NCBI RefSeq assembly: GCF_006345805.1
Contig: NC_043025.1
Location: 3,596,001 to 3,660,000, forward strand
Direction of reading: 5' to 3'
From: Octopus sinensis
Taxonomy: Eukaryota
DNA length: 64,000 nucleotides
The notes beneath the pieces are model-generated. The model was not told where the DNA came from and did no database searches. It saw nothing but the letters and a program-made list of their open reading frames with translations. Below are positions 15,322 through 26,873 of the stretch, piece after piece. The position numbers and the translations under genes are program-made. Numbering within the stretch: position 1 is the stretch's first letter; the number at the start of each line of letters is the position of its first letter.

Positions 15322-15820
15322 CATGATCATGTATCATACATTAAAATGAACCTGGTCCTCAGTGGATCACATCCCTACTCCACAACATAGTTGCCGTTAC
15401 TCTCACAAGCAATGTTCCACCTAGGAATGACTGCATGTATTCCAGCCCCGTAATTCTGTTGACTGTTCTTGCAGCCATTTCTTCATTACTTCCACACTCA
15501 CCTGATTTAGCACCTCAGACTATAATCTCTTCGGTGCAACAAAAGAGGGTTTGAGAGGCAAACATTATACCAGTGACAAGGAAGTAAGATCTGTGGTGAA
15601 GAAGTGGCTCAAAGAACATTCAACAGAATTTTACAGGGCAGGAATACATGCTCTCATTCGAAGAAGAAACATTGCTTTTGAGAGAAACAATGACTATTTT
15701 AAAGAGTAGGGATGTGATCCACTGGGGCCAAGATTCATTTTGATGTATGATACATGTTCCTGTGTTGGTAATTATACCTTTCCTAAACAAAATGGCATTA
15801 CTTTTTGACGCACCCTCGTA
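15322..15820 (+). mobile_element. Two mariner 3' ends head-to-head (minus copy 15322-15493, plus copy 15494-15820 with TIR)
   Basis: The plus strand reads HSPDL-AP-SDYNLFGATKEGLRGKHYTSDKEVRSVVKKWLKEHSTEFYRAGIHAL...E* (one frameshift). The terminus ttactttttgacgcaccctcg-TA is at 15820. 15322-15493 is a diverged reverse complement of 15580-15760. Confidence 0.85.
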
Positions 15821-15824
15821 CGTC

Positions 15825-16900
15825 CATACATACATAAGGACGTACACACATACCCACATACATATATATATACATACAAACATATATACACACATACAAA
15901 TACACATGCATACATACGTACATACACACACACATATACATACATACACTCATACATACACAAATACATGTACATATACGCATATAAATACATTTATATA
16001 CATATATGCACACATACAAATATGCACATATGCATACACATATACATACACACAGACATACATATACATACAAACATGCATACTTACATATACACATACA
16101 TACACACATATGTACACACATACATATATACGAACATATATACGTACATATATATACACTTGCATACATACATACATACATACATACATACATACATACA
16201 TACATACATACACACTTACGTACACATATTCATGCTGCACACATACATTCATTCATACACACGCATATACATATATACACACATAAGTACATACACACAT
16301 GCATACATACATAAATATATACACACAGACATACGTACGCAGATACATAGACACATACATGAATCCATACATATAAACATGCATGCATAAACACAATCAT
16401 ATATATATACATACATACGTACACACATATACATTTACATACATACATACACACATACATATGCACGTAGGTGCATACATGCGTGCATACATACATAGGT
16501 ACCTACATGCAAGTATGCATCTATACCTATATACATACACACATGGAATATGTACATATACACACATACATACTTACATAACTACATACATCAGTACGCG
16601 CACATACATGCATGCATACATACGTAGATACACGGGTAGAAACACACATACATATATACGAAGATACATGCATGCATGCGAGCATATATATATACATACA
16701 CACATACATACATATATACATGCATGCATACATTACAAACCTACACACATACTTGTTGCATACAAACATATACACGCATGGATGTGTACATACATACATA
16801 CAGTACATACTTATACACATACCTACACACGTAAATCCATACACACACAGGTTCATACACACAAACATTCAAGCATACTTAGACACCAACACACATTGAA
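15825..16900. repeat. About 1.1-kb degenerate (CATA/CA)n microsatellite
   Basis: Direct reading. Confidence 0.9.
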
Positions 16901-17135
16901 TTGCGTTTTCCAAAACTTTATATCCTAATTCCCTCCACACACACCAAGAGCCAGCTGTTTGGGAATCTATACGCCTTCTTCTAATTTGACCACTCCACAA
17001 CTAAAGTGTTCTTCGTTGCTCAGTTCTTGTTTAGTAATCTCTCATCTATATGCAGCTGGAGAACAGTCTCCCTTTGTTCTCTTTTTACATCCTTCTTTCC
17101 GTTTTGACACTAAATCCTCATTTTCCAAACAATTG

Positions 17136-18102
17136 CAGTGGCGTCATCGAACTTAAGAACCCTAATTTACTAATGTTCAAATGTCATTTTATATAAATAT
17201 ATATTCAACTTGTAAGTTTTGAATTAATTTGTATATCTAAATAAAGAAACTCTAACGAGCTTTAATAGGGTATACAGCTTTACAGCGTAACATCAATATG
17301 TTAATTTTAGATTTAAAATACATCTTAATTATCATAATTTAGAGTACCATTTAACTTAAGGACAACATGTAACATTTCATATTTTATGATTTTTTTGCTT
17401 TTAAAATTCATTCTGAAATCCCTAAAAAGCAATAAAATCACAGAGTCAGTATTTTGGGAACCCAAAATTACTTAATACAGATTTGCATCTGCGAAACATA
17501 GAAATGTTCAGATCATTTATCACTGTTGCGGAGATATTTTCCCACTTTCGGCTAATAATGTTTTTAAAAATTCTGTCTTAATACTTTTCAAAGCGCTACC
17601 CAACCTTTACCATGAATTTTCGATGGTATTTAGGTCGGGCGACAGCGCTGGTCACTGCATCAACCGAAATCTCTTAGGTCTGATGTAGTTTCTGACTAGG
17701 TACGTGGTGCCATTCAGCTCGTTCTCTCTTACCCATCATAACTATTAGGTAACTTTAAAATTGAAGGACTCTTTAGGAATCACTTATAAGGTCTTTTCTA
17801 ATATGTGGTAATTTTTCATGCTACAAACAGAAGTCAAATTTACCTTACCTTTATGTTAGTCAATAAAGCCAAGAAAAAAAATCTTTGCAAATCATTCTTA
17901 AATTACACAAAATAATGTTTATTTTTAATTTTATATTTATATGTTGAATGTTACGCTGTAAGGTTGTTTACCATATTAAAGCTCCTGAAATTTTCGTTAT
18001 TTTCATATACATCTTAATTCACAATTGACAACTTGAATATATAAAAACAATTCATTTTACCATTATTATACTAGCGTTCTTCAATTAGATGGTCCCACCC
18101 TA
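17136..18102. mobile_element. Internally deleted Tc1-like element with long diverged TIRs, containing a second copy of the Tc1 3' region (about 17490-17730)
   Basis: About 17150-17300 is an imperfect reverse complement of about 17945-18085 (gagctttaata.ggta.aca..cttacagcgtaacat). The right end reads (TA)AGGGTGGGACCATC on the minus strand. 17490-17730 matches 13685-13920. Confidence 0.65.
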
Positions 18103-18128
18103 TATACTTCATCTTCTGACGTTACTTA

Positions 18129-18480
18129 CTAATGTCCAGAGTAATGGTCAGCAAGTAATTGGTCTATAATTGATGGCTTCCTTTCTGCTTTTCTTTGTCC
18201 TTCTCTATCAGTACACACCATCAATTTTGTTATCCATGTTGGCGTTCTATTTTCTTTGCAGTCAGTAAAAACCGTTCGGATATGGCTGCGTATACTTGGG
18301 AGATTTTGGAACTGGAAGCCCTCTGTACCATCTGGTCCTAAGATTTTCCCGTTTGGTATTTTCTTGGTTATCATTTTTACTTTCTTATCCATAATTATTA
18401 TATTTTCTCGTGTCACCCCGTCCTCCATTTCTGCAATAAATTCCTGCAATCAGTCAGCTTTTGTGTTACGTGGGATTTCT
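18129..18480 (-). mobile_element. R4/Dong-like LINE RT-start fragment
   Basis: KKIPNGKILGPDGTEGF...TPTWIT resembles the R4-clade pattern KxPNWKAPGPDGVQGFW...PxWMT. Confidence 0.6.
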
Positions 18481-19464
18481 TTGCTCTAGATTTTAGAAAT
18501 GCTTCGTAAAGTGTCCTTCAGTTGTCACCATCAATGAGCAACATTTCTAGTAAAAGCAAAAAATACTTCTTAAATTTTTATGTGTAAAACAACGCAAAAG
18601 TCAGAGTAATTGACTGTTATTTTCAGCATGATTCTAGGTCACCTGTAGGCAAATATTGTTTATAGATTATTCTTAGTGTCCTTCAATTTTTACTTGCCGT
18701 TTTAAGAATCTGGTGACACCATAAATAGGTCAATTTCTTTTCATAAATGCTTCTGAATATTCTTCAGTTTTTACACGAAAAACAAAGGGAATTTGGCTTC
18801 TGTTTCTAGCATGAAAAATTACTACATATTAGAAAAGTTCTTCTAAGTGTTTCTTAAAGAATCCTTCAATTTTCTATGAATTTTCATGCAATTAAAAGCG
18901 ATCTTGATGGAAAATCGTCAGAAGAGCAAAAACACTGTGATTTATTGAGTCTCTTCTCACCAGTGACTCGATTTGCCATCCGATGTGTGGAGTCGTGTAG
19001 TGAAGCTTTGTATAGAGAACTGTCTTATCCGCCGACCCCAGCAAATTATTCTCTATAGCATCCCAGGGTTTCCTCTTAAGCGACGTTTCCTAGACGCGAA
19101 CGCTGACCACCTCAAACCTTTCCAGTCGACGTCATCAGACCTCAACAACGTCAAATGGCTTCGTTTTCTTCGGTCGAATTCAACACGATGAAATGGATGT
19201 GAGTCGAACTGTGCAAGACAAGCCGTTTTCTATAGACATCGGATAAAGACGGCAGCAAACGATTCGAAGGCAGATATAAGACAGAGACATAGAAAGAATT
19301 TCAGTTCTCGACAATTTAAAAGCTTTCTGTCGGTAGAAAGTTAAAAATCAAGCTCTGTGTTATGGAGTCAAAAGCGTTTAAATAAATCTCACCCCAATAC
19401 AGCCAGGTCCCGTCTGACTTTCTTTGATCCCTTGTTAAACTAAACCAAATACACAGGGAAACCA

Positions 19465-19830
19465 TTGACACCCAGCTCAGTATGACTCCCTTCCGTAAAA
19501 CCCTGTCTATACAATCGTTCTTTAGCAGAAAGTTGGAGGGTCACTCAGACACAATGTCTAAGAGAATCTTGCTTTCTACACTGATCAAGGGGATGACTCG
19601 ACATAGGTTGATAATCTCGGCCCTTGTCTCCTTCGGTATATTCATCCCTTCGATGTATGTATGTAACTGGGTAACCTATCGTCTCCTCCAGGTCATATGT
19701 AGGACCCTCCACACCCGGTAGAGTAGCTTCCAGCAATCCTTATAGACATTGTAAACCATTCTACTATGCTGTGATAAATCTCACCATCCTCATCACTTTT
19801 CCCATTTCACTTATGCCCGGCTCCTTCAGA
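19465..19830 (-). mobile_element. HERO/NeSL-like RLE LINE RT fragment
   Basis: Frameshifted minus-strand readings VYKDCWKL, IPKETRAEIIN, IPLISVESKIL and LSNFLLKN.CID resemble the YIDTSVQKGG region. Confidence 0.55.
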
Positions 19831-20289
19831 TTCCATTCCTTGCACTAAGAATAAGTACAAGGTAAAATTACTACCTGCTTTTATAGCAAATTGATGCGGG
19901 TAGTTTATCCTGTCTCCCTCCGACTTTTCATGCAATTGAAGAAAAACGAATGATTTATGGGATGACCCAATATTGTGAACTGATTTGATGAAATTGTGGA
20001 TGAAATCAATAAGGATTAAGATAAATGGTGAAAAATATGGACGAATTTATGTGACTACGTTAAAATTATGTATGTATCTAGCTTAGCTTGCTATACATAT
20101 ATTTATTTGTATAAGAAATGTTACTGTTCGATATATAAACATACACACGCGCGCACACACACGTACACACTGTCACACCGACATATATCCGTGCTGGCGT
20201 TATAACGCCGTTCTCTAAGGGAGGTAATTCCCAACATATTTTTTCAGAGTGATCTCCCTTGACAGCAAAATTCCCGTCTGCAATGTTCA

Positions 20290-20690
20290 CAGAATAATTT
20301 CTCTTTTGTTGTGGCCATGTCTTGGCGTTTCTCTGTGTCATCTCAAGAATCGATTTCATTGCGTTTGAGATGCATATAGCCAATATTGATTTGTTGTGTT
20401 GAGTGAATTTCTTTCAGGCCATGCGGAACCGAAATATCGAGCTTCTTCAGGAGTCCAAGACATTTCAAGCGATTTTCATTTGTGTGATAGAATGGCTTCG
20501 ATTCGGTCATCATCGACTCCAGTAAGTCGACCAGAGCATTGGTCATCTTTGAGTGAGAAATCTGCTGAACGGAATTTTTGAAACCATTTCTGACATGTGC
20601 GTTTTGTTAAGCAATCCACACCATGAACTTCACGTGTTTCTTTGTAGGCCTCGGCAGCTCTGTTGCCTTTATGGAAATGCAAAAGCTGTA
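20290..20690 (-). mobile_element. mariner transposase N-terminal remnant
   Basis: FHKGNRAAEAYKETREVHG..CQKWFQKFRSADFSLKD..SGR (HTH), then LKKLDISVPHGLKEIHSTQQIN (a variant of WVPHEL). Confidence 0.85.
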
Positions 20691-21418
20691 GGGAATACGA
20701 CCGTACGTAAGGAGCTGGTGACTGAAATTGTATCCTTTTTAACGCCGCACGGTCGCCCTAACAAAGAAGAAGCCAAAGGTATGGTATAAATGAATAAGTG
20801 CCATAAGGAATTAATGACGACAACCGTTCTACTGTTTGAGAGAAGAAGACTTGCTTTACAGTAGTGTACAATAAGATAAAGTGTGGTGTCTGAGTGCGTG
20901 CGACAGTACAAACGAAGGTGTATGCATATGAAACAGAATACAATACAGAGCATAGAATGAGTCTCTCAGGGTATTTCAGACGAGATGGCGTTAATTTACC
21001 AGTTCGTAGTAAGGTACATAGTAGCAGTTCGTTCTGTAAGAGGATGTTGGGGGTCACAAGGCAGAATGCCGGTTGGACACATGTCTTGTAGCGGTTGGGG
21101 CTTCGATGCTGTGCCAGGTCCCTTGATACAGGAATTCTTGCAGGTAATGCTGTGCTGTTTACCTCGGTGAATATCACAACAGCGAGAAAGCTAAACCTGA
21201 GCGAGTGCTGTGTACGTATCGTTGAAGTCGACGGAGATGGTGACGTCGATATGAGGGCGACGGTGGAGAACGGACCTGAGTTGCTGGTGTATGTGAGCGT
21301 CGTCATGGCTGGAGATGGAACAAGGCTGGCTGGCTGGTCTGGTCGTCTATCGCTGGAACTGGAATTGGCTGAGTCACTCTGTGGTCAGGGGTTAGTCGTG
21401 AAAAGGACTGGAACCTAA

Positions 21419-21800
21419 GAGTGTAGTCCTTACCTAGATGGACACTGGACCAGACTTGCCGAACCTGGTACTATTGTGATGGACACTGGATGCGAGTGGA
21501 GTGTAGTCCTCACCAAGATGGACACTGGATGTGAGTGGAGTGTAGTCCTCACCTAGACGGACACTGGACCAGACATGCTGAACCTGGTACTATTGTGATG
21601 GACACCTAGATGGACACTGGATGCGAGTGGAGTGTAGTCCTCACCTAGATGGACACTGGATGTGAGTGGAATGTAGTCCTCACCTAGATGGACCCTGGGC
21701 CAGGCTTGCCAAACCTGGTTCTATTGTGAGTGGAGTGTAGTCCTCACCTAGATGGACACTTGATATGAGTGGAGTGTAGTCCTCACCTAGATGGACACTT
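21419..21800. repeat. Minisatellite: 7 copies of the 30-bp core gagtgtagtcctcacctagatggacactgg with alternating short and long linkers
   Basis: Cores start at 21419, 21499, 21538, 21630, 21669, 21733 and 21772. Confidence 0.9.
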
Positions 21801-22199
21801 CTGGTGTGCGGTAATACTCTTGGTACTACGCTGCAATAACTTGGCACTTTTTTCAAATTTTTTTGCTTTATGTAAAAAAATAAGTTTTCAGTGTATGTAA
21901 GTGAACAAAGTAACAATAAATACATGAAAATACTTTTGGACTATTTTATATCAGAATATATTTTGTGATATTTTATAACGATGCAGTTAATTGGTAGCTA
22001 ATTGATATAGAACGTGTTGAATGTGTGTATTGTAGGGACCGTCCAATATCGCCGGTTTGCTGCCTCTAATGCCAGGCAAGTGCTTCTTGCTATCTCATTA
22101 AAATGTTTATCAATTACGAGGGATTTATTCCTCTCATGATGAACAAGAATATGAAAGAGAAACGCAGTGATGAAACTGACTTTGATTTAACTTCTTTTG

Positions 22200-23030
22200 A
22201 AAGAAAAGTATTAAGCAATATAATCATAGATTATCGAACGAACTTTTATTGGATTCTTGGTTAGAACCAAGTAAAACAAATATCGAAAGAGCATACAGCA
22301 AATGTTGTCGTTGTGAAATTCAAGGCAGTGTAACTCATCTGGAGAGGCACGGAAAAAACGGATAAACATTAAAAATGTTAATTCATGAAAGTGGAAACCT
22401 GACCGACTTCTTGCAGCCAACAACTTCTTCTTCTCATATTCCGAACGAAGCAGCTGCGGAGCTTAAACTTGGTTCCTTCATTGCAGAACATAACTTACCA
22501 ATAAGACTTATGGATCATGTACCTGGACTAATTCAGAAGGCATGTACTGATTCCAAAATAACTAAAGATATTAAATGTGCAAGAACCAAAGCCACTCAAA
22601 TATATAGAAATATTTTAAGCCCTTAATTACTTTGAAAACCTCATTAAACAGTTCAAAGAGTGAAAGTTTACATTAATTGTTGATGAAATTACTGATGTAA
22701 TTACAAAAAAGAAAAACACCTTGTTTTGTTAGCTCGATTTTATGATTGTAACTCTCAAAATATTATTGATTGTAGCCAAGGATTGCTCTGCTAATGGAAT
22801 TTTTCCTCTATTGAAAGATTCTTCACCTTACATGATATTCCTTTTGAAAATTTTATAGGATTTGCCGGTGACAGTGCTAGTGTAATGATGGGACAGAAGG
22901 GAGGTGTGCAGGCATCACTGAAGAACAAAGCCCCCTTCTCTCTTTATTCGGGGTTGTGCTTGTCACTCTATGTATATCTGTGCATCAAAGGCATGTTCAG
23001 AATTACCTTCATATTTAGAAGGTTCTCAAG
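22200..23030 (+). mobile_element. Degenerate hAT-superfamily transposase
   Basis: BED-like WLE..AYSKCCRCEI..LERH, then AELKLGSFIAEHNLP..DH..DSKITKDIKCARTKAT, FTLIVDEITD (first catalytic Asp), FAGDSASVMMGQKGGV (second Asp) and GCACHS (CxxH). Confidence 0.85.
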
Positions 23031-23372
23031 AGATTGCTTCTGAGCACTAAAAGATTCCAATATCCTTTCAAACAATTTTACTGGCTTCCTGCTATAGAAG
23101 GAATGTCTTGAATTAAAATATTTCTAATTTCTGTAGGCTTCACACTTCAAGACACCAAACAATCGTTACAAATTAAACAAACAGGTATTTTTTTCAATAT
23201 GTTCAAAGTAAAAGTAAATCCACAATAGCTTCCTGCTTTTGATGTAAAACTGTGTTGTACTCAGAGAATTGCTTACCTGTGAGTTCCTGACACTCCTTGA
23301 CGTTTGTGACTCTCTTCAGCCTTATCATCAATATTTCTGTGGTTTCATGCTTTGATAAATTCAACCACTTAT
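23025..23372 (-). pseudogene. Candidate remnant of a second Death-domain-like exon pair
   Basis: An open 96-bp phase1-1 exon at 23372-23277 (cccatag|...cag|gtaagc) encodes KWLNLSKHETTEILMIRLKRVTNVKECQELT. A degenerate partner at about 23165-23025 reads VKPTEIRNIL and ILESFSAQKQSLENL, similar to WFKSCDPEKQTLKTL of the intact DD. Confidence 0.35.
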
Positions 23373-24039
23373 CTATGGGCAACATTTTATTATTACATAT
23401 TAAATTCAAAACAAAAAATATTCCAATAAATTCGTATCAACAGTAACTTATGGTTTCATTCAACTTTCAGGAAGACAAATCAAATTTATTATTATTTTGT
23501 TGTGTTTTTAGTCCAAACATGACATAGAAAACTGACATCAAATGATCTTTATTTACATCATATATGTGTAAACATAATTTCACTTCCAGTTATTGTAGCT
23601 AAAAATCACTGAGATATTAGAATAATTCTATATAATGTTTGATACAAAATTATTTGTTTAATACTAAACATTCTTAAAAGTAATTCCCTATCAATTTTTG
23701 GATAAAGATTTTTGGTCTAATTTAAATAATTTTGATTTAATCTCGAAACCGATTTGTTCACTCCTATCACAAAAAAAACTACAATAACAAATCTTCCCAT
23801 CTTGTTTCACTTGATTTTGCAGAAGTGAGATTCCTGTCACATAATTTTATTGCCAAAGGAAGTCCTAAGAGGTTTCATAGGTTTTACGTACAATTTCATC
23901 TGAGTATATGCAAAAATCTTGGAATTTAATTGCAAATTAAAATGCAATAAAAGTTGAGCAGTTTGAAGTATTGTAGAGGGAAAGGGTTCATTTCCATCAT
24001 CTGAAGATTTTTGGAAAGAGGATTTTCCACAAACGTTAA

Positions 24040-24360
24040 AGACTCCCTTCTGTCGTGAATGACCGTGAGATTGCACCTAGAAAGTTACCCTCCTAGGCAC
24101 AAGTCCGAGCAGGGTTGTTTATAGAAGGCCAGCATACTAGCTTGCCCCTCTTTGTGCCATCAATGTTACCCAAGGGAAAGGCAAAGGGGCCAATACAGCT
24201 TGGCACCAAAGGTATTGCAACTCATTTCTACATCTGAGTGAATTGGAGCAAAGTGAAATAATGTGTCGAGAACACAACACGCAACCTGGCCTGAGAATCG
24301 AACTTACTACCTCATGGTTTGAAGCCTGGTACTCTAACCATTGAACCATGTGCCTCATAT
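24040..24360 (-). mobile_element. tRNA-derived SINE (family 2)
   Basis: The head tggttcaatggttagag (A box) and gttcgattc (B box) is followed by gtgttgtgttct; homologous to 33490-33815. Confidence 0.75.
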
Positions 24361-24649
24361 GGAATTAAAATAAACAAATGTTGTGTCATTATTTTGATAT
24401 GAAAGGAGTTTTCAGCACAGTTTTATTATTGGATTTTAAAGTTTTGGATTTATTTTTAAGTGTAGAATCACAAAGTTTTTTTCAGGAAAAACTGCAGAAA
24501 TCAGTAAATATTAATCCTAAAGCTAGAATAAAAAATGAAATAATTCTTAATTGCATTCAAAACGCCCTGAATTTGTGTGCCACGACCCCCACTTTGGAAT
24601 GGCCAAGCCTGAAACACAACAGGACAAAGTGAAATGTCCCTAGATACAT

Positions 24650-25625
24650 CATCATCATCATCATCATTAACGTCCGCTTTCCATGCTAGCATGGGTTGGA
24701 CAAATGACTGAGGACTGGCAAACCAGATGGCTGCACCAGGCTTCAATCTTGATCTGGCAGAGTTTCTACAGCTGGATGCCTTTCCTAACACCAACCACTC
24801 CAAGAGTGTAGTGGGTGCTTTTACATGTCACTGGCACAGGGGCCAGTCAGGCGGTACTGGCAACGACTTCGCTTGAATCTTTTACACATGCCACTGGCAC
24901 AGGTGCCAGTAAGGCGATGCTGGTAACGATCACACTCGAATAGTGTCTTTCACATGCCACCGGCACGGAGGCCAGATAGCCGCTCTGGCAATGATCACGC
25001 TCGGATGGTGCTCTTAATACCCTACAAGCACGGGGCTCGAGTGCCAGTAAGGCGACACTGGTAACGATCACGCTCGAATGGTGCCTTTTAAGTGCCACTG
25101 GTACGGAAGCCGGTTAGCCGCTCTATCAATGATCACACTCGTATGGTGCTCTTTGCAACCCGCTAGCACGGATGCCAGTCATCGAATTTGATTTTGATTT
25201 TGATTCCACTTGCCTCAACAGGTCTTCGCAAGCAGAGTTTTAGTGTCCAAAGAAGGAAAAGGTATACATATGTGGGCTGATAACGCCCCTGGCATAGGCC
25301 ACGAGATTATGGTCTCATTTGGCTTGCTGGGTCTTCTCACGCACGGCATATTTCCAAAAGTCTCGGTCACTAGTCATTTCCTTGATGAGACCCAAAGTTC
25401 GAAGGTCATGCTTCACCACTTCATCCCAGGTCTTCCTGTATCTACCTCTTCCACAGGTTCCCTCAACCGCTAGTGTGTGGCACTTTTTCACACAACTATC
25501 CTCATCCATTCTCACTACATGACCATACCAGCGCACACCACATCTGATGCTTCTTAGGTCCAACTTTTCTCTCAAGGTACTTACACTCTGTCGAGTATGC
25601 ACACTGATATTACACATCTATCGGA
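24650..25625 (-). mobile_element. 5'-truncated RTE/RTE-X LINE: C-terminal ORF2, long 3' UTR with internal repeats, and (GAT)n tail
   Basis: ORF 25315..25617 reads VRWYGHVVRMDED...GRGRYRKTWDEVVKHDL. The UTR recurs at 57955, 58515, 61706 and 33235. A (cat)n run starts at 24650. Confidence 0.85.
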
Positions 25626-25654
25626 TCATACTGGCTTCTTTCGGGGGCACCGCC

Positions 25655-25903
25655 GAATGGCGGAAAAGATGGAAATTAAGGATTGAAGGATTGAAGGGTT
25701 AAAGGGTTAAATTTCGTAGAGAAAAGATAGGAAAAACGAAGCAGTTATTGTATGAGTACAGACGTTTAACAATAGTAACGAATGAGGTACGAAAGATAAA
25801 GGGATAAAATGTTTTGCAACTTGCTGCGAATATGAAGGCCGGAAGCCGCTGTTGGAGAAGAAAGGAAGTCTAAAAATTGGGAACCGTAAATCGTAATGGC
25901 GAC

Positions 25904-25934
<31 letters not shown>

Positions 25935-26075
25935 AAGAAGAATGGCGGAAAAGATGGAAATTAAGGATTGAAGGATTGAAGGGTTAAAGGGTTAAATTTC
26001 GTAGAGAAAAGATAGGAAAAACGAAGCAGTTTTGTATGAGTACAGACGTTTAACAATAGTAACGAATGAGGTATG
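25655..26075. repeat. 135-bp near-perfect direct repeat (25655-25789 and 25940-26073) separated by unique sequence plus (GAA)n
   Basis: Direct reading: gaatggcggaaaagatgg ... aacgaatgaggta. Confidence 0.9.
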
Positions 26076-26143
26076 AAGATAATGGGATATAAGAAATACT
26101 AAATTTCTAAATCTCTCGTAGAGACATGTACGGTGGTGGGGCG

Positions 26144-26262
26144 ATAGAATGGTTGTATACTGTCAATCTAACACGTCAATCTAACGTCGATGCTTCCTAG
26201 GGCTATACAACGGTGGTGTACTGTCACGTTCGTGTTAGATTGACAGTATACAACCATTCTAT
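26144..26262. mobile_element. 119-bp MITE-like element with perfect 32-bp inverted arms
   Basis: ATAGAATGGTTGTATACTGTCAATCTAACACG (26144-26175) has its exact reverse complement at 26231-26262. Confidence 0.75.
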
Positions 26263-26418
26263 ATATATATATATACGCTAGCTAGAAATAAAGGGAGATA
26301 ACTATGAATATACGCGAGGATATTAAAACTGTTTTTAGAACAATAGAAGTGTTTAGGGAGGTGCTGAGGCATACAACAATAGCAACAACAACAACAAATG
26401 AACAGTTCAAAGTTTATC

Positions 26419-26424
26419 TTTATT
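26419..26424 (-). terminator. Candidate polyadenylation signal (AATAAA) for the Death-domain gene
   Basis: tttatt on the plus strand, about 250 bp downstream of the stop at 26674. Confidence 0.3.
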
Positions 26425-26673
26425 TCAAAAGTTAACAACAGGAGAGACGAACCAGCAAAGGGATTTCTTTGTGATAGATCTGCTAGAAGTAGTAGCCAAA
26501 TCGACCACAATTCATACCTTATCCCCTTAAAGAAGAATACGCTGGACAATGTGTGTGTGGCTCCTCTACCGTAAGGATAAAGACAGGATGGTCATGACTG
26601 GAATGCATTTAACCAAAGGTCTGTATTTGGTCGAGATTGACCTCAAACTAAACAACAACATTTACACAGAGCT

Positions 26674-26873
26674 TCACTTTACATCTGATGACAGACATTT
26701 GAGTGCATCAAGGCACTCAGCTTCCTCGAGGGCATCTCCAAGTGTTTTGAGTGTTTGTTTCTCTGGATCACAACTTTTAAACCATTTGTGCAACACCATG
26801 TAGCCCTGTTTCACAGTGTCTTTAGAATCGTCGTGAATTTCCAGTTCAGAAGTTTCAACTCCTAAGAAAATCC
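26674..26873 (-). CDS. Terminal coding exon of the ANK-RING-Death-domain gene (second half of the Death domain)
   Basis: Acceptor ctttttgtatcttttgcag|; the 200-bp exon reads (G)IFLGVETSELEIHDDSKDTVKQGYMVLHKWFKSCDPEKQTLKTLGDALEEAECLDALKCLSSDVK*, matching the DD pattern LG..E...I.....Q...ML..W......T...L..AL. Confidence 0.85.

Noticed and set aside
21419-21800. CRISPR-like repeat-spacer look
   Set aside because: The linkers are themselves repeated rather than unique, there are no cas genes, and the context is eukaryotic.
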